A DNA stretch of 64,000 bases from a virus. Both the position numbers and the translations under genes were made by a program. The DNA lies in the IMG/VR virus record IMGVR_UViG_3300027782_003601, positions 64,001-128,000 of that record; one strand, written 5' to 3'. Positions 1 through 10,368 of this stretch are shown piece by piece; position 1 is the stretch's first letter; every line of letters begins with the position of its first letter. The notes beneath the pieces are model-generated. The model saw only the letters and a program-made list of their open reading frames with translations. It searched no databases and was not told where the DNA came from.

Positions 1-138
1 GAAATCGGCAGAAACGAAGCATTACTGGAGGCATTAAGACAAATAGATGAACGTCAAATGTTTGAGAAGGATGATGATGTAGGTTCAATATTTTACCAAA
101 TAAAAGAAACCATCGAGAGATTCAAACAATTTAATTAA
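1..138 (+). CDS. 3' end of hypothetical protein (truncated by window start)
   Basis: Open frame EIGRNEALL...FKQFN* ending at TAA 136-138, 1 nt before the next ATG. Confidence 0.7.
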   Translation, partial: EIGRNEALLEALRQIDERQMFEKDDDVGSIFYQIKETIERFKQFN

Positions 139-139
139 A

Positions 140-829
140 ATGCCAAGAAAACCCAAAAGTAAACAATATTTTACAAAAGATACAGAAGATGCTATTATAG
201 AGTATAACTCAACCGATGACCAAAGAGTTAAAGATAAAGTTTATAAAGATAGAATAAAACCTGCATTTGATAAACTTGCAGAAATAGTTTATAACAAATG
301 GAAATTCAGTTATTTTGATGATGACCCTAGAGATGTAATGTCTGAAGTTGTTACATTTATGATTGAAAAGATTCATATGTACAAAGAAGGTAAAGGTAAA
401 GCATTCTCTTATTTTACTATTGTTGCCAGAAACTATTTGATTTTAAATAACAACGCAAATTACAAACGATATAAAGATACTGATATTATATCAAACTTAC
501 CCGAACATTGGGATACTGAAAACAATTGGGAAGAAGAAACTATAAATGATGAATTTCGTACATTTAATAAAAGAATGTTGGCATATTGGGATATTCATTT
601 AGAAAATCATTTCCCAAAGAAAAGAGATATGCAAATCGCAGATGCAGTTTTAGAATTATTCAGAAGAGCAGAATACATAGAAAGTTTCAATAAAAAATCT
701 TTATATCTACTTATTAGAGAGATGACTGGACATCCAACTCATTATATAACTAAGATTGTCAATAAAATGAAAGACAAGCAAATGGAGTTATATAGTGAAT
801 TTGATAGAACAGGAGACTTGACTATGTAA
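140..829 (+). CDS. T4 gp55-like late-transcription sigma factor
   Basis: YFTKDTEDAIIEY N-terminus and KAFSYFTIVARNY motif resemble the gp55 AFxYFT region; size fits. Confidence 0.65.
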   Translation: MPRKPKSKQYFTKDTEDAIIEYNSTDDQRVKDKVYKDRIKPAFDKLAEIVYNKWKFSYFDDDPRDVMSEVVTFMIEKIHMYKEGKGKAFSYFTIVARNYLILNNNANYKRYKDTDIISNLPEHWDTENNWEEETINDEFRTFNKRMLAYWDIHLENHFPKKRDMQIADAVLELFRRAEYIESFNKKSLYLLIREMTGHPTHYITKIVNKMKDKQMELYSEFDRTGDLTM

Positions 830-853
830 ATAATTATTAATAAAGAATAAAAT

Positions 854-1258
854 ATGGCATCTGAATTTCAGTTATTTGATGGTAAAAACTTATCATCACT
901 ATTTAAAGATATTTACGATAATCAACAAGTAAAAAAGAAGAATATATCAGATATGATTGAATCTCTTCGTAAGCTGATTCGTAATGTAGGTGAAGCAACA
1001 GTACTTGCACCTATTATTAGAGATTTAATTGATTCATCTATTAAAAACGATGACCACTTAATTAAATTGGCAACAATTGCTCAAAGATTAGCTGCTGCTG
1101 AAGCAAAGGGTATTGGTGAAGACGGTTGGTTGAGTGAGCAAGAAAAAGCACAACTATTAACGGAATTGGAAGATACTGTTAATGAGATTGATAAAAAGAA
1201 TGATGAAAAGTTATTGGATATTCAGGTTGAAATAGAAGATATAAAAACTAAATTATAA
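854..1258 (+). CDS. hypothetical helical protein
   Basis: 134 aa ORF, TAATG-coupled to the next gene. Confidence 0.7.
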   Translation: MASEFQLFDGKNLSSLFKDIYDNQQVKKKNISDMIESLRKLIRNVGEATVLAPIIRDLIDSSIKNDDHLIKLATIAQRLAAAEAKGIGEDGWLSEQEKAQLLTELEDTVNEIDKKNDEKLLDIQVEIEDIKTKL

Positions 1259-2457
1259 TGGAAACATTTTTAGCAACGGTAGATAACGTTTATCCAACAA
1301 ATACCAATTTTTTAAAAAAAGAAGGTAAAGATACAATTTCAATATATACCAATTCACCATCATTCTCCGATACAGATGCAAGTTTGTATGGTGCAATAAC
1401 TTATAGATTTGAAGATAGTAATGCTAAAGATGATATTGCAAAACCATTTGATAAAAATAATTTTACATTTCCAATTAAAGGAGAAACTGTTGTAATATTA
1501 AAAATGTTTGGAACAAATTCTCAAACATTTTGGATGCCATATACTAACACACCTTACCCAAATTATAGAAAAGATTACATAACAGATAAAAATACTAAAA
1601 AAGATAAATCTGAAAATAGTGGTGCAAAACTTGAACCTACAAAAATAAATGCAGCAGGTGGAACTATTAAAACAAATATTACTAAAGAAGATGATATTGG
1701 TTATAAAGTAAATGATAAAATTAAATTTATAAAACCAAAAGAAGGCGATACCATTTTAAGTGGTAGAGTTGGTAATACGATTCGTTTATCGGAATTCTTT
1801 TTATCTTCCGATGGTAAATCTTACCCAGGTATATACATTCGTAACAAACAAAATGCAGAATTAGATTCCAATCCAATCGGTCAAATGATTGATGAAGATA
1901 TAAACAAAGATGGAACATCTGTTTATTTTGTATCAGGTAAAACCAAAGTTCCATTTAAAGAAACAATATCTAAAACCAAAATAGGATTTAAAGAATACCC
2001 ATCCGATTTTAGTGGAGAACAATTATTTATAAATTCGGATAGAATAATATTATCTGCAAAAGCAAATGAGTTTATTATATATGGAAAAGGAAATACTGGT
2101 GTAATTACAGATGGTAATTATTCTATAGATGCGGGTAAAGATGTTTATGTTAATTCTGATAAGAATATAACAATACATTCTAATGGTGCAAACCAAATAT
2201 TTTTAAATTCTGAAAATGGTAAGATATATTTAGGTAAAAATCAAGGAGAAGGTGATTTTAAAGCAGATGTTCAAAATATGGTATTAGGTGGTGTATTGGT
2301 TCAAATAATGAGTGAATTAATTGATTTGATAACCGAATCGGTATATGCATCTTCTTTTGGACCAACTTTTCCTGGTCCGGAAAATATTTCATCATTTTTT
2401 GCACTAAAAGATAAATTAAAAACCCTATTATCATCTACAAACTTTTTGAGTAAATAA
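1258..2457 (+). CDS. putative baseplate hub/central spike (gp5-like OB fold plus beta-helix)
   Basis: FPIKGETVVI OB-like motif, EGDTILSGRVGNTIRL, INSDRIILSAK and beta-rich C-terminus; lies upstream of gp25/gp6. Confidence 0.55.
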   Translation: METFLATVDNVYPTNTNFLKKEGKDTISIYTNSPSFSDTDASLYGAITYRFEDSNAKDDIAKPFDKNNFTFPIKGETVVILKMFGTNSQTFWMPYTNTPYPNYRKDYITDKNTKKDKSENSGAKLEPTKINAAGGTIKTNITKEDDIGYKVNDKIKFIKPKEGDTILSGRVGNTIRLSEFFLSSDGKSYPGIYIRNKQNAELDSNPIGQMIDEDINKDGTSVYFVSGKTKVPFKETISKTKIGFKEYPSDFSGEQLFINSDRIILSAKANEFIIYGKGNTGVITDGNYSIDAGKDVYVNSDKNITIHSNGANQIFLNSENGKIYLGKNQGEGDFKADVQNMVLGGVLVQIMSELIDLITESVYASSFGPTFPGPENISSFFALKDKLKTLLSSTNFLSK

Positions 2458-2458
2458 A

Positions 2459-3688
2459 ATGTCTTGGACGATATACAAAACTAATGTATTAACATCAGCA
2501 GTAACATTTAGGTTTAAAAATGACTCAGATGGAGCTGCTTCTTTTATTGCAAATGAATACGATGAGTGTATAAAGCGAGGTGGTGATATGATATATGGAG
2601 TTCCTATTATCAATGGTAATGTTATAGGAATGACAAATGTTATAAAAGCAGCTTTCAAAAAAGGCAGAGAAAGTGGTGGTGAAAATTTTAATTTATTAGC
2701 AGAAATATATCCATCCGCATTTGATGCATATTGGTTAGGTGCTGAAATGGCTCCGTTTCCAAATCCGTTAATAAGACCATTGGGTTGGCAATCAACTCCA
2801 CCTGCTCCAGGTACACTTATGAATATTGGACCAGACCCAATATCGTTAGCAAAATCCGTTGCTATAAATAAAGCATTAAAAGAAGCTACACAATCATTAG
2901 TTGATGAATTAAAAAAACAAACAATTGAAATTGGTGGTATTAGTATAAATGTATACGATACAATTATTAAAGTTTTAAATAAAGAAGTTGTTGCAAATGA
3001 AATTAAAAATCATCCTGCAATTATAGCAGGAAAAGAAATAGTTCAAAAATATAACGAAATTAAAAACAAAAAACCTTCAATTGGTTCTCAATTTAAACCA
3101 TCTATTAAATTTCCATTTCCAGAATTACCAAAAAGAAAAGATTTAATTGAAAAATCTAAAAAAAAATTATTGGATGAAGCGGCTGATGAAATTAAAAAAG
3201 GATTAATATTAGCAGTTGAAGAACAAATATTACAAAAAATAATATTACCTATACAATCATCAATAGAATTATCAAAATCAATTCCATCACCAAAGCCTAC
3301 AAAAGAACAAATTAAAAAATCTATAATGGATGCTATAAACGGATTAAAACCTGAAATAGATTTATCTACATTTAATATTCCAAAACTACCGACTAAAGAA
3401 GAATTAAAAAAACAAATAGAAGATGAGTTACCAACAAAAGAAAAATTGATGGCTATAGCATTTGATACGATTAAAGATAAAATTCCAAAAATACCAAATA
3501 TATGGTTTGTTCCACCATCATTTAAATTTAATCCGGCATTTATGATATTTTTAGACCCATTTGTTAATTTGGCAAAGTTGCATTTAATGGGAACGGGTGG
3601 AACTATGATGGTTATGGCTCAATATCCACCACCTGCACCACCTGCTCCTGCTATATTATTATGGTCTGGATATAATGTCATTGGATAA
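2459..3688 (+). CDS. hypothetical baseplate-region protein with LPTKE-type repeats
   Basis: 409 aa ORF; repeated PTKEQIKK/PTKEELKK/PTKEKL; Pro-rich C-terminus. Confidence 0.6.
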   Translation: MSWTIYKTNVLTSAVTFRFKNDSDGAASFIANEYDECIKRGGDMIYGVPIINGNVIGMTNVIKAAFKKGRESGGENFNLLAEIYPSAFDAYWLGAEMAPFPNPLIRPLGWQSTPPAPGTLMNIGPDPISLAKSVAINKALKEATQSLVDELKKQTIEIGGISINVYDTIIKVLNKEVVANEIKNHPAIIAGKEIVQKYNEIKNKKPSIGSQFKPSIKFPFPELPKRKDLIEKSKKKLLDEAADEIKKGLILAVEEQILQKIILPIQSSIELSKSIPSPKPTKEQIKKSIMDAINGLKPEIDLSTFNIPKLPTKEELKKQIEDELPTKEKLMAIAFDTIKDKIPKIPNIWFVPPSFKFNPAFMIFLDPFVNLAKLHLMGTGGTMMVMAQYPPPAPPAPAILLWSGYNVIG

Positions 3689-3731
3689 TTTAAACTTATT
3701 ATATTTATTAACATAACGAACATATTTTATT

Positions 3732-4277
3732 ATGAAATCAGACATTTTATTATCACTTATTAAAGAAGTGGTTAGGAATGAAGTTAAAACACAGGTTAGA
3801 CAGCAAGTTATTTCTGAAATAACAAAGCTTGTTAAATCCGGTACAGTTAAATTAAATTCAAACAGAAAACCACAAGCTCCTACATTAAAGGAGGCTATTA
3901 AATCGGTAGACCCGTTTACGGAAGCCACACGTGTTTTGCAAAAAAGTAGAACATCTACATTACAACCTCAAAAAACTCAACAACCTAAAAGGGAATTTTC
4001 AAAAGACCCTATGATTAATGAGATTCTTAATATGACAACTCCATTTTCAGCCGAGCAAAGAGCAGAGGGAGGAATGGGTAGTGGGGCAAGTGTATTAGAT
4101 ATGCTACAACCACAAATGAGTGTTGAAGAAGATGGTTGGGAAACTATGGATTATAGAGAATCCGGTGTCCCACAATCCATACCACAACAATTAGAATCAA
4201 CAGGAGATGCATTACAAGATGCAACTATGAAAGCATTAACAAGAGATTATTCAGAATTGGTAAAAAGATTTAAATAA
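3732..4277 (+). CDS. hypothetical protein
   Basis: 181 aa ORF preceded by ATATTTATT; N-terminal LIKEVVRNE motif. Confidence 0.7.
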   Translation: MKSDILLSLIKEVVRNEVKTQVRQQVISEITKLVKSGTVKLNSNRKPQAPTLKEAIKSVDPFTEATRVLQKSRTSTLQPQKTQQPKREFSKDPMINEILNMTTPFSAEQRAEGGMGSGASVLDMLQPQMSVEEDGWETMDYRESGVPQSIPQQLESTGDALQDATMKALTRDYSELVKRFK

Positions 4278-4714
4278 TGGCAATAGAGTTAGGTAAAGTA
4301 AATGTAGTAGATTTAACTGAAAATGATTATAAAATAATAGGAATTGGAATAAACAAAACATCCAATTCAAATGGAATATTTCCCGTTAATTATACAACTT
4401 TATCTCAGGCAAAAGATAATTTAAAAAATTTAATTCTTACACATAAAGGTGAAAGAATTATGAATACAGAATTTGGTTGCGATATTTGGAAATTATTATT
4501 TGAACCAATTATTGAAGGGGAAATAGATAAAAGAATAGAAAATACAATAGTTGATGCAGTATCTATTTGGTTACCATATTTAAATATAGATGAAATAATA
4601 TTTGATTACAATAACAATGATATAGATAACCATACCATTGGATTGGATATTAAATTTTCATTAGTATCAAATCCAAATTTAAGTGATTCAGTACAAATAA
4701 ATGTAAATAATTAA
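4277..4714 (+). CDS. gp25: baseplate wedge subunit, gp25-like
   Basis: NLKNLILTHKGERIMNTEFGCDIWKLLFEP matches the gp25/GPW signature. Confidence 0.9.
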   Translation: MAIELGKVNVVDLTENDYKIIGIGINKTSNSNGIFPVNYTTLSQAKDNLKNLILTHKGERIMNTEFGCDIWKLLFEPIIEGEIDKRIENTIVDAVSIWLPYLNIDEIIFDYNNNDIDNHTIGLDIKFSLVSNPNLSDSVQINVNN

Positions 4715-4716
4715 TA

Positions 4717-6747
4717 ATGGCAATTAAACCGATAGATAAGAATTGGGGAAACGATAATAAAAAAATAAGTTATCTTGGTAAAGATTTTGCTTCATTAAAG
4801 CAAAATTTAATAGATTATACTAAAACTTATTTCCCCAATTCTTATGCTGATTTTTCCGATGCATCTCCTGGAAATATATTTATAGAGCAAGCAGCTGCTA
4901 TTGGTGATATTCTATCATTTTATCAAGATGTTCAATTAAAAGAATCAATGTTGGCTTATGCTACAGAACGTAAAAATGTTATAGCATTAGCACAAGCAAT
5001 GGGATATAAACCAAAAATATCATCTCCGGCGGTAACAACAATAACAATTTATCAATTAGTTCCATCGGTTGGAGTTGGTTCAAATAGTGTACCTGATAGT
5101 AGATATTATTTGAGAATAAAAGAAGGAATGGAAATCCAATCTTCAACGAATACAAACGTAATATTTAGAACAACAGATTCTGTTAATTTTGCAGAAACTG
5201 GCAGTAATTCGGTTAGTGTATTTGAAAGAGATACAAATGGTAATCCTACACGATATTTAATTTCAAAAAATGTAAAAGCTATATCAGCAAAAGAAATATC
5301 AACTTCAATTACATTTCAAGCAACTGATACCGATTATCCATCTTCAACATTAAATGATACCAATATTATAGAAATAACTTCGGTAAAAGATTTGGATACA
5401 AATGAAATATGGTACGAAGTTCCTTATTTAGCACAGGAAAGTATTTTTATTGAAAAACCAAACACCTCATATAATTCCGATTTAAGCGATTTCTCCGGTT
5501 CAGTACCTTATATTTTAGAAGTACAAAAAGCACCACGTAGATTTTCAACTAAAGTAAATTCCGATAATACAATTGATTTACAATTTGGTAGTGGTGGTGG
5601 TAGTGGATTAGCCGATGAACAAATATTACCTAATACAAAAAATATAGGATTGGGATTAGCAAATAGTATTCAAAGATTAAATAAAGGTATTGACCCATCT
5701 AATTTTTTAAAAACAAATACATTTGGAATATCACCCGCTGGTAAAACTCTTTTAGTAAAATATTTAGTTGGTGGTGGAATTGAATCAAACATTAATAGTG
5801 GTGATTTAACTACAATTAAAAAAATTGAATTTGAAGAAGATATATTATCAATTTCATCTGATATATTAAATTCATATAATGATACAAAAACAACCATTAT
5901 AGTTGAAAATTTAGAACCTGCGGTTGGTGGTAGAAGTAGTGAAACTATTGAAGAAATAAGACAAAATGCATTGGGTTCGTTTGGTTCTCAAAATAGAGCA
6001 GTAACAAGACAGGATTATATTGTTAGAGCATTATCTATGCCAGAACGATATGGTAGTATTGCAAAAGTATATGTATCACCTGATGGTGAAATTGATAATA
6101 ATTCACCAGCATCCATTTTAGCAAATCCAAAATATATTTCAGAATTTGTTGGATTAGTTGATGGGTTAAAAGGGAAATCGCAATCAGAAGTTCAAAAAGA
6201 ATTAGTTAAATATCTTTCACAAAAACGTTCTGCAATATCGGAAGTAAATAATCCATTTGCAATTAATATGTATATTTTGGGATATGATGCAAATAAAAAA
6301 CTTACAAATTTAAACACTGCAATTAAACAAAATCTTAAAACTTATTTAAGTGAATATCGTTTAATGACAGATTCTGTAAATTTATTAAATGGATTTATTG
6401 TAAATATTGGATGTGATTTTGAAATAGTTTGCTATTCTAATTATAATAAAAATGAAGTAATAGCAAATTGTTTAGTACAATTGCAAGATTATTTTAATAT
6501 AGATAATTGGACATTTAATAAACCAATAAATCTTTCAGAAATAGAATTAATATTAGCAAACGTAGAAGGAGTAATGAGCGTTCCATCGGCTAGAATACAT
6601 AATCTTTGTGGTGGGGATGGAAATTATTCTACAAACAAATATAATATAGAGCAAGCAACTAAAGATAAAATTGTGTATCCATCATTAGACCCTTGTGTTT
6701 TTGAAGTTAAGTACCCAAATAAAGATATTAAAGGAAGAGCACTATAA
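4717..6747 (+). CDS. gp6: baseplate wedge protein, gp6/baseplate-J-like
   Basis: KDFASLKQNL, LAQAMGYKPK, GGRSSETIEEIRQNA, QNRAVTRQDY motifs. Confidence 0.88.
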   Translation: MAIKPIDKNWGNDNKKISYLGKDFASLKQNLIDYTKTYFPNSYADFSDASPGNIFIEQAAAIGDILSFYQDVQLKESMLAYATERKNVIALAQAMGYKPKISSPAVTTITIYQLVPSVGVGSNSVPDSRYYLRIKEGMEIQSSTNTNVIFRTTDSVNFAETGSNSVSVFERDTNGNPTRYLISKNVKAISAKEISTSITFQATDTDYPSSTLNDTNIIEITSVKDLDTNEIWYEVPYLAQESIFIEKPNTSYNSDLSDFSGSVPYILEVQKAPRRFSTKVNSDNTIDLQFGSGGGSGLADEQILPNTKNIGLGLANSIQRLNKGIDPSNFLKTNTFGISPAGKTLLVKYLVGGGIESNINSGDLTTIKKIEFEEDILSISSDILNSYNDTKTTIIVENLEPAVGGRSSETIEEIRQNALGSFGSQNRAVTRQDYIVRALSMPERYGSIAKVYVSPDGEIDNNSPASILANPKYISEFVGLVDGLKGKSQSEVQKELVKYLSQKRSAISEVNNPFAINMYILGYDANKKLTNLNTAIKQNLKTYLSEYRLMTDSVNLLNGFIVNIGCDFEIVCYSNYNKNEVIANCLVQLQDYFNIDNWTFNKPINLSEIELILANVEGVMSVPSARIHNLCGGDGNYSTNKYNIEQATKDKIVYPSLDPCVFEVKYPNKDIKGRAL

Positions 6748-7847
6748 TGCATAAATTTTTCACATCATCATTTGACGCAAGTATATACTTACAACAACCA
6801 GACCAAAATGCAGGTAGGGATGAAATATTGGAAGTAGGTAAATTATATTATGGTTCTACCAAAGATATTGCTAGAACTTTAATTAAATTTAATTCAACAC
6901 AAATATCACAATCTGTTTATGAAAATATTGGTACAGGTAGTTATTCTGCATTTTTAAATTTAAAAGCAGCTAAATCGGAGGAAATACCATTACAATATAC
7001 TTTGTATGCAAACGCATTATCTTCAAGTTGGATAATGGGAACAGGTACTAAGTTTGATAATATTACAACGGATGGTGTTAGTTGGAAATATAGAGATGGG
7101 CAAACTAAATGGGTAGGTTATGATACAACAGGTGGTACAGCAGTATATCCTACTACTGGTAATACAACAACAGGTTCGGCAAATGCAGAAGGTGGTGTAT
7201 GGTATTTAAGTGGTTCATCATCTCAATCATTTGATTATGAAAGTGATGATGTTAGAATGGATGTTACAAATTTAGTTAAATTATGGGTAAGTGGTTCTAT
7301 AACAAACAATGGATTAATTTTACATCATGGTTTATCAAATGAAGCAGATACATTGGATTATGGTGTTATTAAATTCTTTTCAAAAGAAACCAATACAATA
7401 TATGAACCAAAATTAGAATTAGTTTGGGATGATAGTTCATTTTTAACTGGAAGTTTATTACCCGTTACAGGTTCCGCACAAGAAGGATATAAAGTAGTTA
7501 TTGGTAATTTAAAAACTAAATACGTTAGTAATACAAAAACAAAAATTAGATTAAAAGGTAGAGATATGTATCCATCAAAAACATTTGATAAAACATTCTC
7601 ATATGACCAAGTTAAATATTTACCATCTGGTTCAACTTATTATCAAATAGAAGATTATATAACAGGTGAATCAATATTCCCATTTGGTAATTATACTAAA
7701 GTAAGTTGTGATTCCACATCCAATTATTTTATAATGGATTTATCAACATTACCAATTAATAGAGAATACCGATTAAAAATAAAAATAATTGAAAACGGAA
7801 TATCTACATTTATAGATGATAAATATATATTTGAAATAATATCATAA
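6747..7847 (+). CDS. virion structural protein (DNRLRE-like beta-sandwich)
   Basis: DASIY..N.G.DEILEVG, RTLIKF, MDVTNLVKLW..NNGLIL, FFSKET..PKLEL pattern. Confidence 0.55.
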   Translation: MHKFFTSSFDASIYLQQPDQNAGRDEILEVGKLYYGSTKDIARTLIKFNSTQISQSVYENIGTGSYSAFLNLKAAKSEEIPLQYTLYANALSSSWIMGTGTKFDNITTDGVSWKYRDGQTKWVGYDTTGGTAVYPTTGNTTTGSANAEGGVWYLSGSSSQSFDYESDDVRMDVTNLVKLWVSGSITNNGLILHHGLSNEADTLDYGVIKFFSKETNTIYEPKLELVWDDSSFLTGSLLPVTGSAQEGYKVVIGNLKTKYVSNTKTKIRLKGRDMYPSKTFDKTFSYDQVKYLPSGSTYYQIEDYITGESIFPFGNYTKVSCDSTSNYFIMDLSTLPINREYRLKIKIIENGISTFIDDKYIFEIIS

Positions 7848-9010
7848 TGAATACAGCAGAAACAATTTCTGAAAAAATACAAGATGTAAAAGATATGCGT
7901 TTGGAAGAAATTTTAAAAATATCTGGTTCAGCTGCTATTACAAAAAATGAATATGGTGTAACTATTGTAAATGAAAATGATTCAGCATCTTCTTTAATTT
8001 TTAAATCTTTAAATAAAGATAAATACGATGATGCCGAATTAGAAAAAGCAATAGATGTTGTAATCAAAGAATTAAAACCTAATATTCCTAAACCGAATTT
8101 AGATTTAGTTCCAAAACCATTATATGATGCCGAAGTTGCAACAAATGAGGATTTAAGAAAAAAAGTAGCTGCTTTAACTCTAGAAAATGAAGATTTAAAA
8201 CAACAAGTTGCTACATTACAATCATTGATAGAAATAGAAATAAACAAAAGATTAATAATAGAACAAACCAATGATGCATTATCAAATCAATTAACAATTT
8301 TATCAAAAACTATTTCCGATTTTGCATTACAAATATCAACGGCAGTTCAAAAATCAATTGATGAATCCATTTTAAGAGCATCTTTACAAGCACAGAATAA
8401 AGGTTTCTTTGCACAGATTACGGCATTGATTAAACAAATAGATTCATTAAACTCAGTCATTGAAGGTTTACAAGCGCAATTAGGCGCATCTCAACAACAA
8501 CAAGCACTTGTACAAGGAACAAGAGCAACGGCATTGGCAAGTGGGGCAGATATGTTATTAGAAACTGTATTGGTTAAGTTAGAACCATCTATAGCTAAAT
8601 CAGAACCACCAATTAAAGCAAATATAAGTTCTGAATTAAATGGTAAGTGGATTAATGGGCAAACTATTAAATTTACAAATAACGATAAAGAACCAATAAA
8701 AGTTGAAATATCAGTTAGTTATCCAAATAATATTAAATTCTTTAATATACCAGAAACATCATTTACTGTTGGTGCAGATGGAACAAAAGATATAACTTTA
8801 ACTCTAGATGTACAGGCAACAAGAACATATGCTGCAAATTGGGTAAAGACATATGCAGGGATATTCACATCCGAAACCAATTCAAAAGATTACACAGGTG
8901 GTTTGATGAGTATAACTGTAACTAATGCAGCAGGTAAGAGTGAGATGAAACCTTACGGAATCAAATTATCTAAAAAGAATAAAGAAGATTATCAAAATCA
9001 TCAAACATAA
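7847..9010 (+). CDS. coiled-coil structural protein with C-terminal Ig-like domain
   Basis: Long heptad region followed by a beta-rich C-terminus. Confidence 0.5.
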   Translation: MNTAETISEKIQDVKDMRLEEILKISGSAAITKNEYGVTIVNENDSASSLIFKSLNKDKYDDAELEKAIDVVIKELKPNIPKPNLDLVPKPLYDAEVATNEDLRKKVAALTLENEDLKQQVATLQSLIEIEINKRLIIEQTNDALSNQLTILSKTISDFALQISTAVQKSIDESILRASLQAQNKGFFAQITALIKQIDSLNSVIEGLQAQLGASQQQQALVQGTRATALASGADMLLETVLVKLEPSIAKSEPPIKANISSELNGKWINGQTIKFTNNDKEPIKVEISVSYPNNIKFFNIPETSFTVGADGTKDITLTLDVQATRTYAANWVKTYAGIFTSETNSKDYTGGLMSITVTNAAGKSEMKPYGIKLSKKNKEDYQNHQT

Positions 9011-9016
9011 TAATTT

Positions 9017-10339
9017 ATGAGTATTACAAAATATACTAACTTTGAGCAAATTGATTCTAGAAAAGAAAATAAAGGTGATTTTCTTTTAAAGGATGATTTA
9101 CTTATTGTGTCCAAAACTGAAATAGAAGAAGCAGATTTTGGTGATTGTAAGCATGATGTAATGGAAGTATCTGTATATGATGTTAATAATGTTTTGTTAC
9201 CAAATAAAACAGGAAATAATGTTGCATATATAAAACCAAATGATATAAAAAACTATATGTACGATATAGTTAATAAAGTTGGTCAAAAAGAACTTGCTAT
9301 AAATGTTGAAAAATTATTAAATAATTTAGGATTTTCAAATGGTATTCTTAAAATTAATATAAATTTTGTAAGGAATAAAATAGGAACGGATAATGAATTA
9401 ACAAGAGTTTGGATTCAAGAAATATCACCATCAAGAGAAGAAATTCGTATTTTACCATTAAAAACAAAAGATGGTGAAGTAAATAAAATTACAAAATCAG
9501 AATTTAAAAATATTCACAATTTAAGTAAAGATTTTAAATACTATAAAAAAAATATATTAGATGCCTTAGATAAATTTGAAGGAAATTCTTTAACTGTAAT
9601 AGATGATGCTTTAGTTGCTAAATTTGGAAATGATTTTAGAGATGTATTAAAAAAAGATTTTGGATTAAGAAATTTAGATGATTTTCATAAAAGAATATTT
9701 GAAAATTTTAGAGATAGTATTAAAAATTGGGTAAATAATAAATACTATGATGTAACGCAACCTACCTTTGGTAAACCATCGGAAATACGATTTGAAAATT
9801 GTGGACAATACAATTTTGGTATGTTGATGGGTGAAATTCAAAACATATTAAATAATTGTATCCAATTTAATACAAAGGCATTACAAAGAAGGCAAGTTGA
9901 TATTAAACAATTACCAAAAGAATTTGCAATAGTTGAATTAAGAAAACAAATTCAAAATAATTTAGATGCATTTAGTACTAAAATTGATATTAAGAGAAAC
10001 ATTTATATGCCAGATAAAGTGGATATAACTGTTACTGGAACAAATGAATTGCCACCAATTAAAACTACAAAAGAAGTTATAATTACAGAACCAGACCTTA
10101 CACCAATACCACCACCCAAACCTAAGCCTGTAAAAGAACCTGTTAAAGAAATAACACCCACAGTTGTAACAACTCCAAAACCAAATTTAGTAGATACTGC
10201 ATTTAGTACTGCTGCTGAACAAGAAATAGGATTAGGAATCGCAAATTCGGGAAATAGATTTTATAGTACATATGTACCTGGTGGATTTGATGCCAATTTA
10301 TCTAATGTAGAGAATGACCCAACGGGTAGAGATTATTAA
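9017..10339 (+). CDS. hypothetical baseplate-region protein
   Basis: 440 aa ORF, IQEISPSREEIRI motif, Pro/Lys-rich tail. Confidence 0.55.
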   Translation: MSITKYTNFEQIDSRKENKGDFLLKDDLLIVSKTEIEEADFGDCKHDVMEVSVYDVNNVLLPNKTGNNVAYIKPNDIKNYMYDIVNKVGQKELAINVEKLLNNLGFSNGILKININFVRNKIGTDNELTRVWIQEISPSREEIRILPLKTKDGEVNKITKSEFKNIHNLSKDFKYYKKNILDALDKFEGNSLTVIDDALVAKFGNDFRDVLKKDFGLRNLDDFHKRIFENFRDSIKNWVNNKYYDVTQPTFGKPSEIRFENCGQYNFGMLMGEIQNILNNCIQFNTKALQRRQVDIKQLPKEFAIVELRKQIQNNLDAFSTKIDIKRNIYMPDKVDITVTGTNELPPIKTTKEVIITEPDLTPIPPPKPKPVKEPVKEITPTVVTTPKPNLVDTAFSTAAEQEIGLGIANSGNRFYSTYVPGGFDANLSNVENDPTGRDY

Positions 10340-10368
10340 TAATAAGATATTTATAATAAAAGTATTAA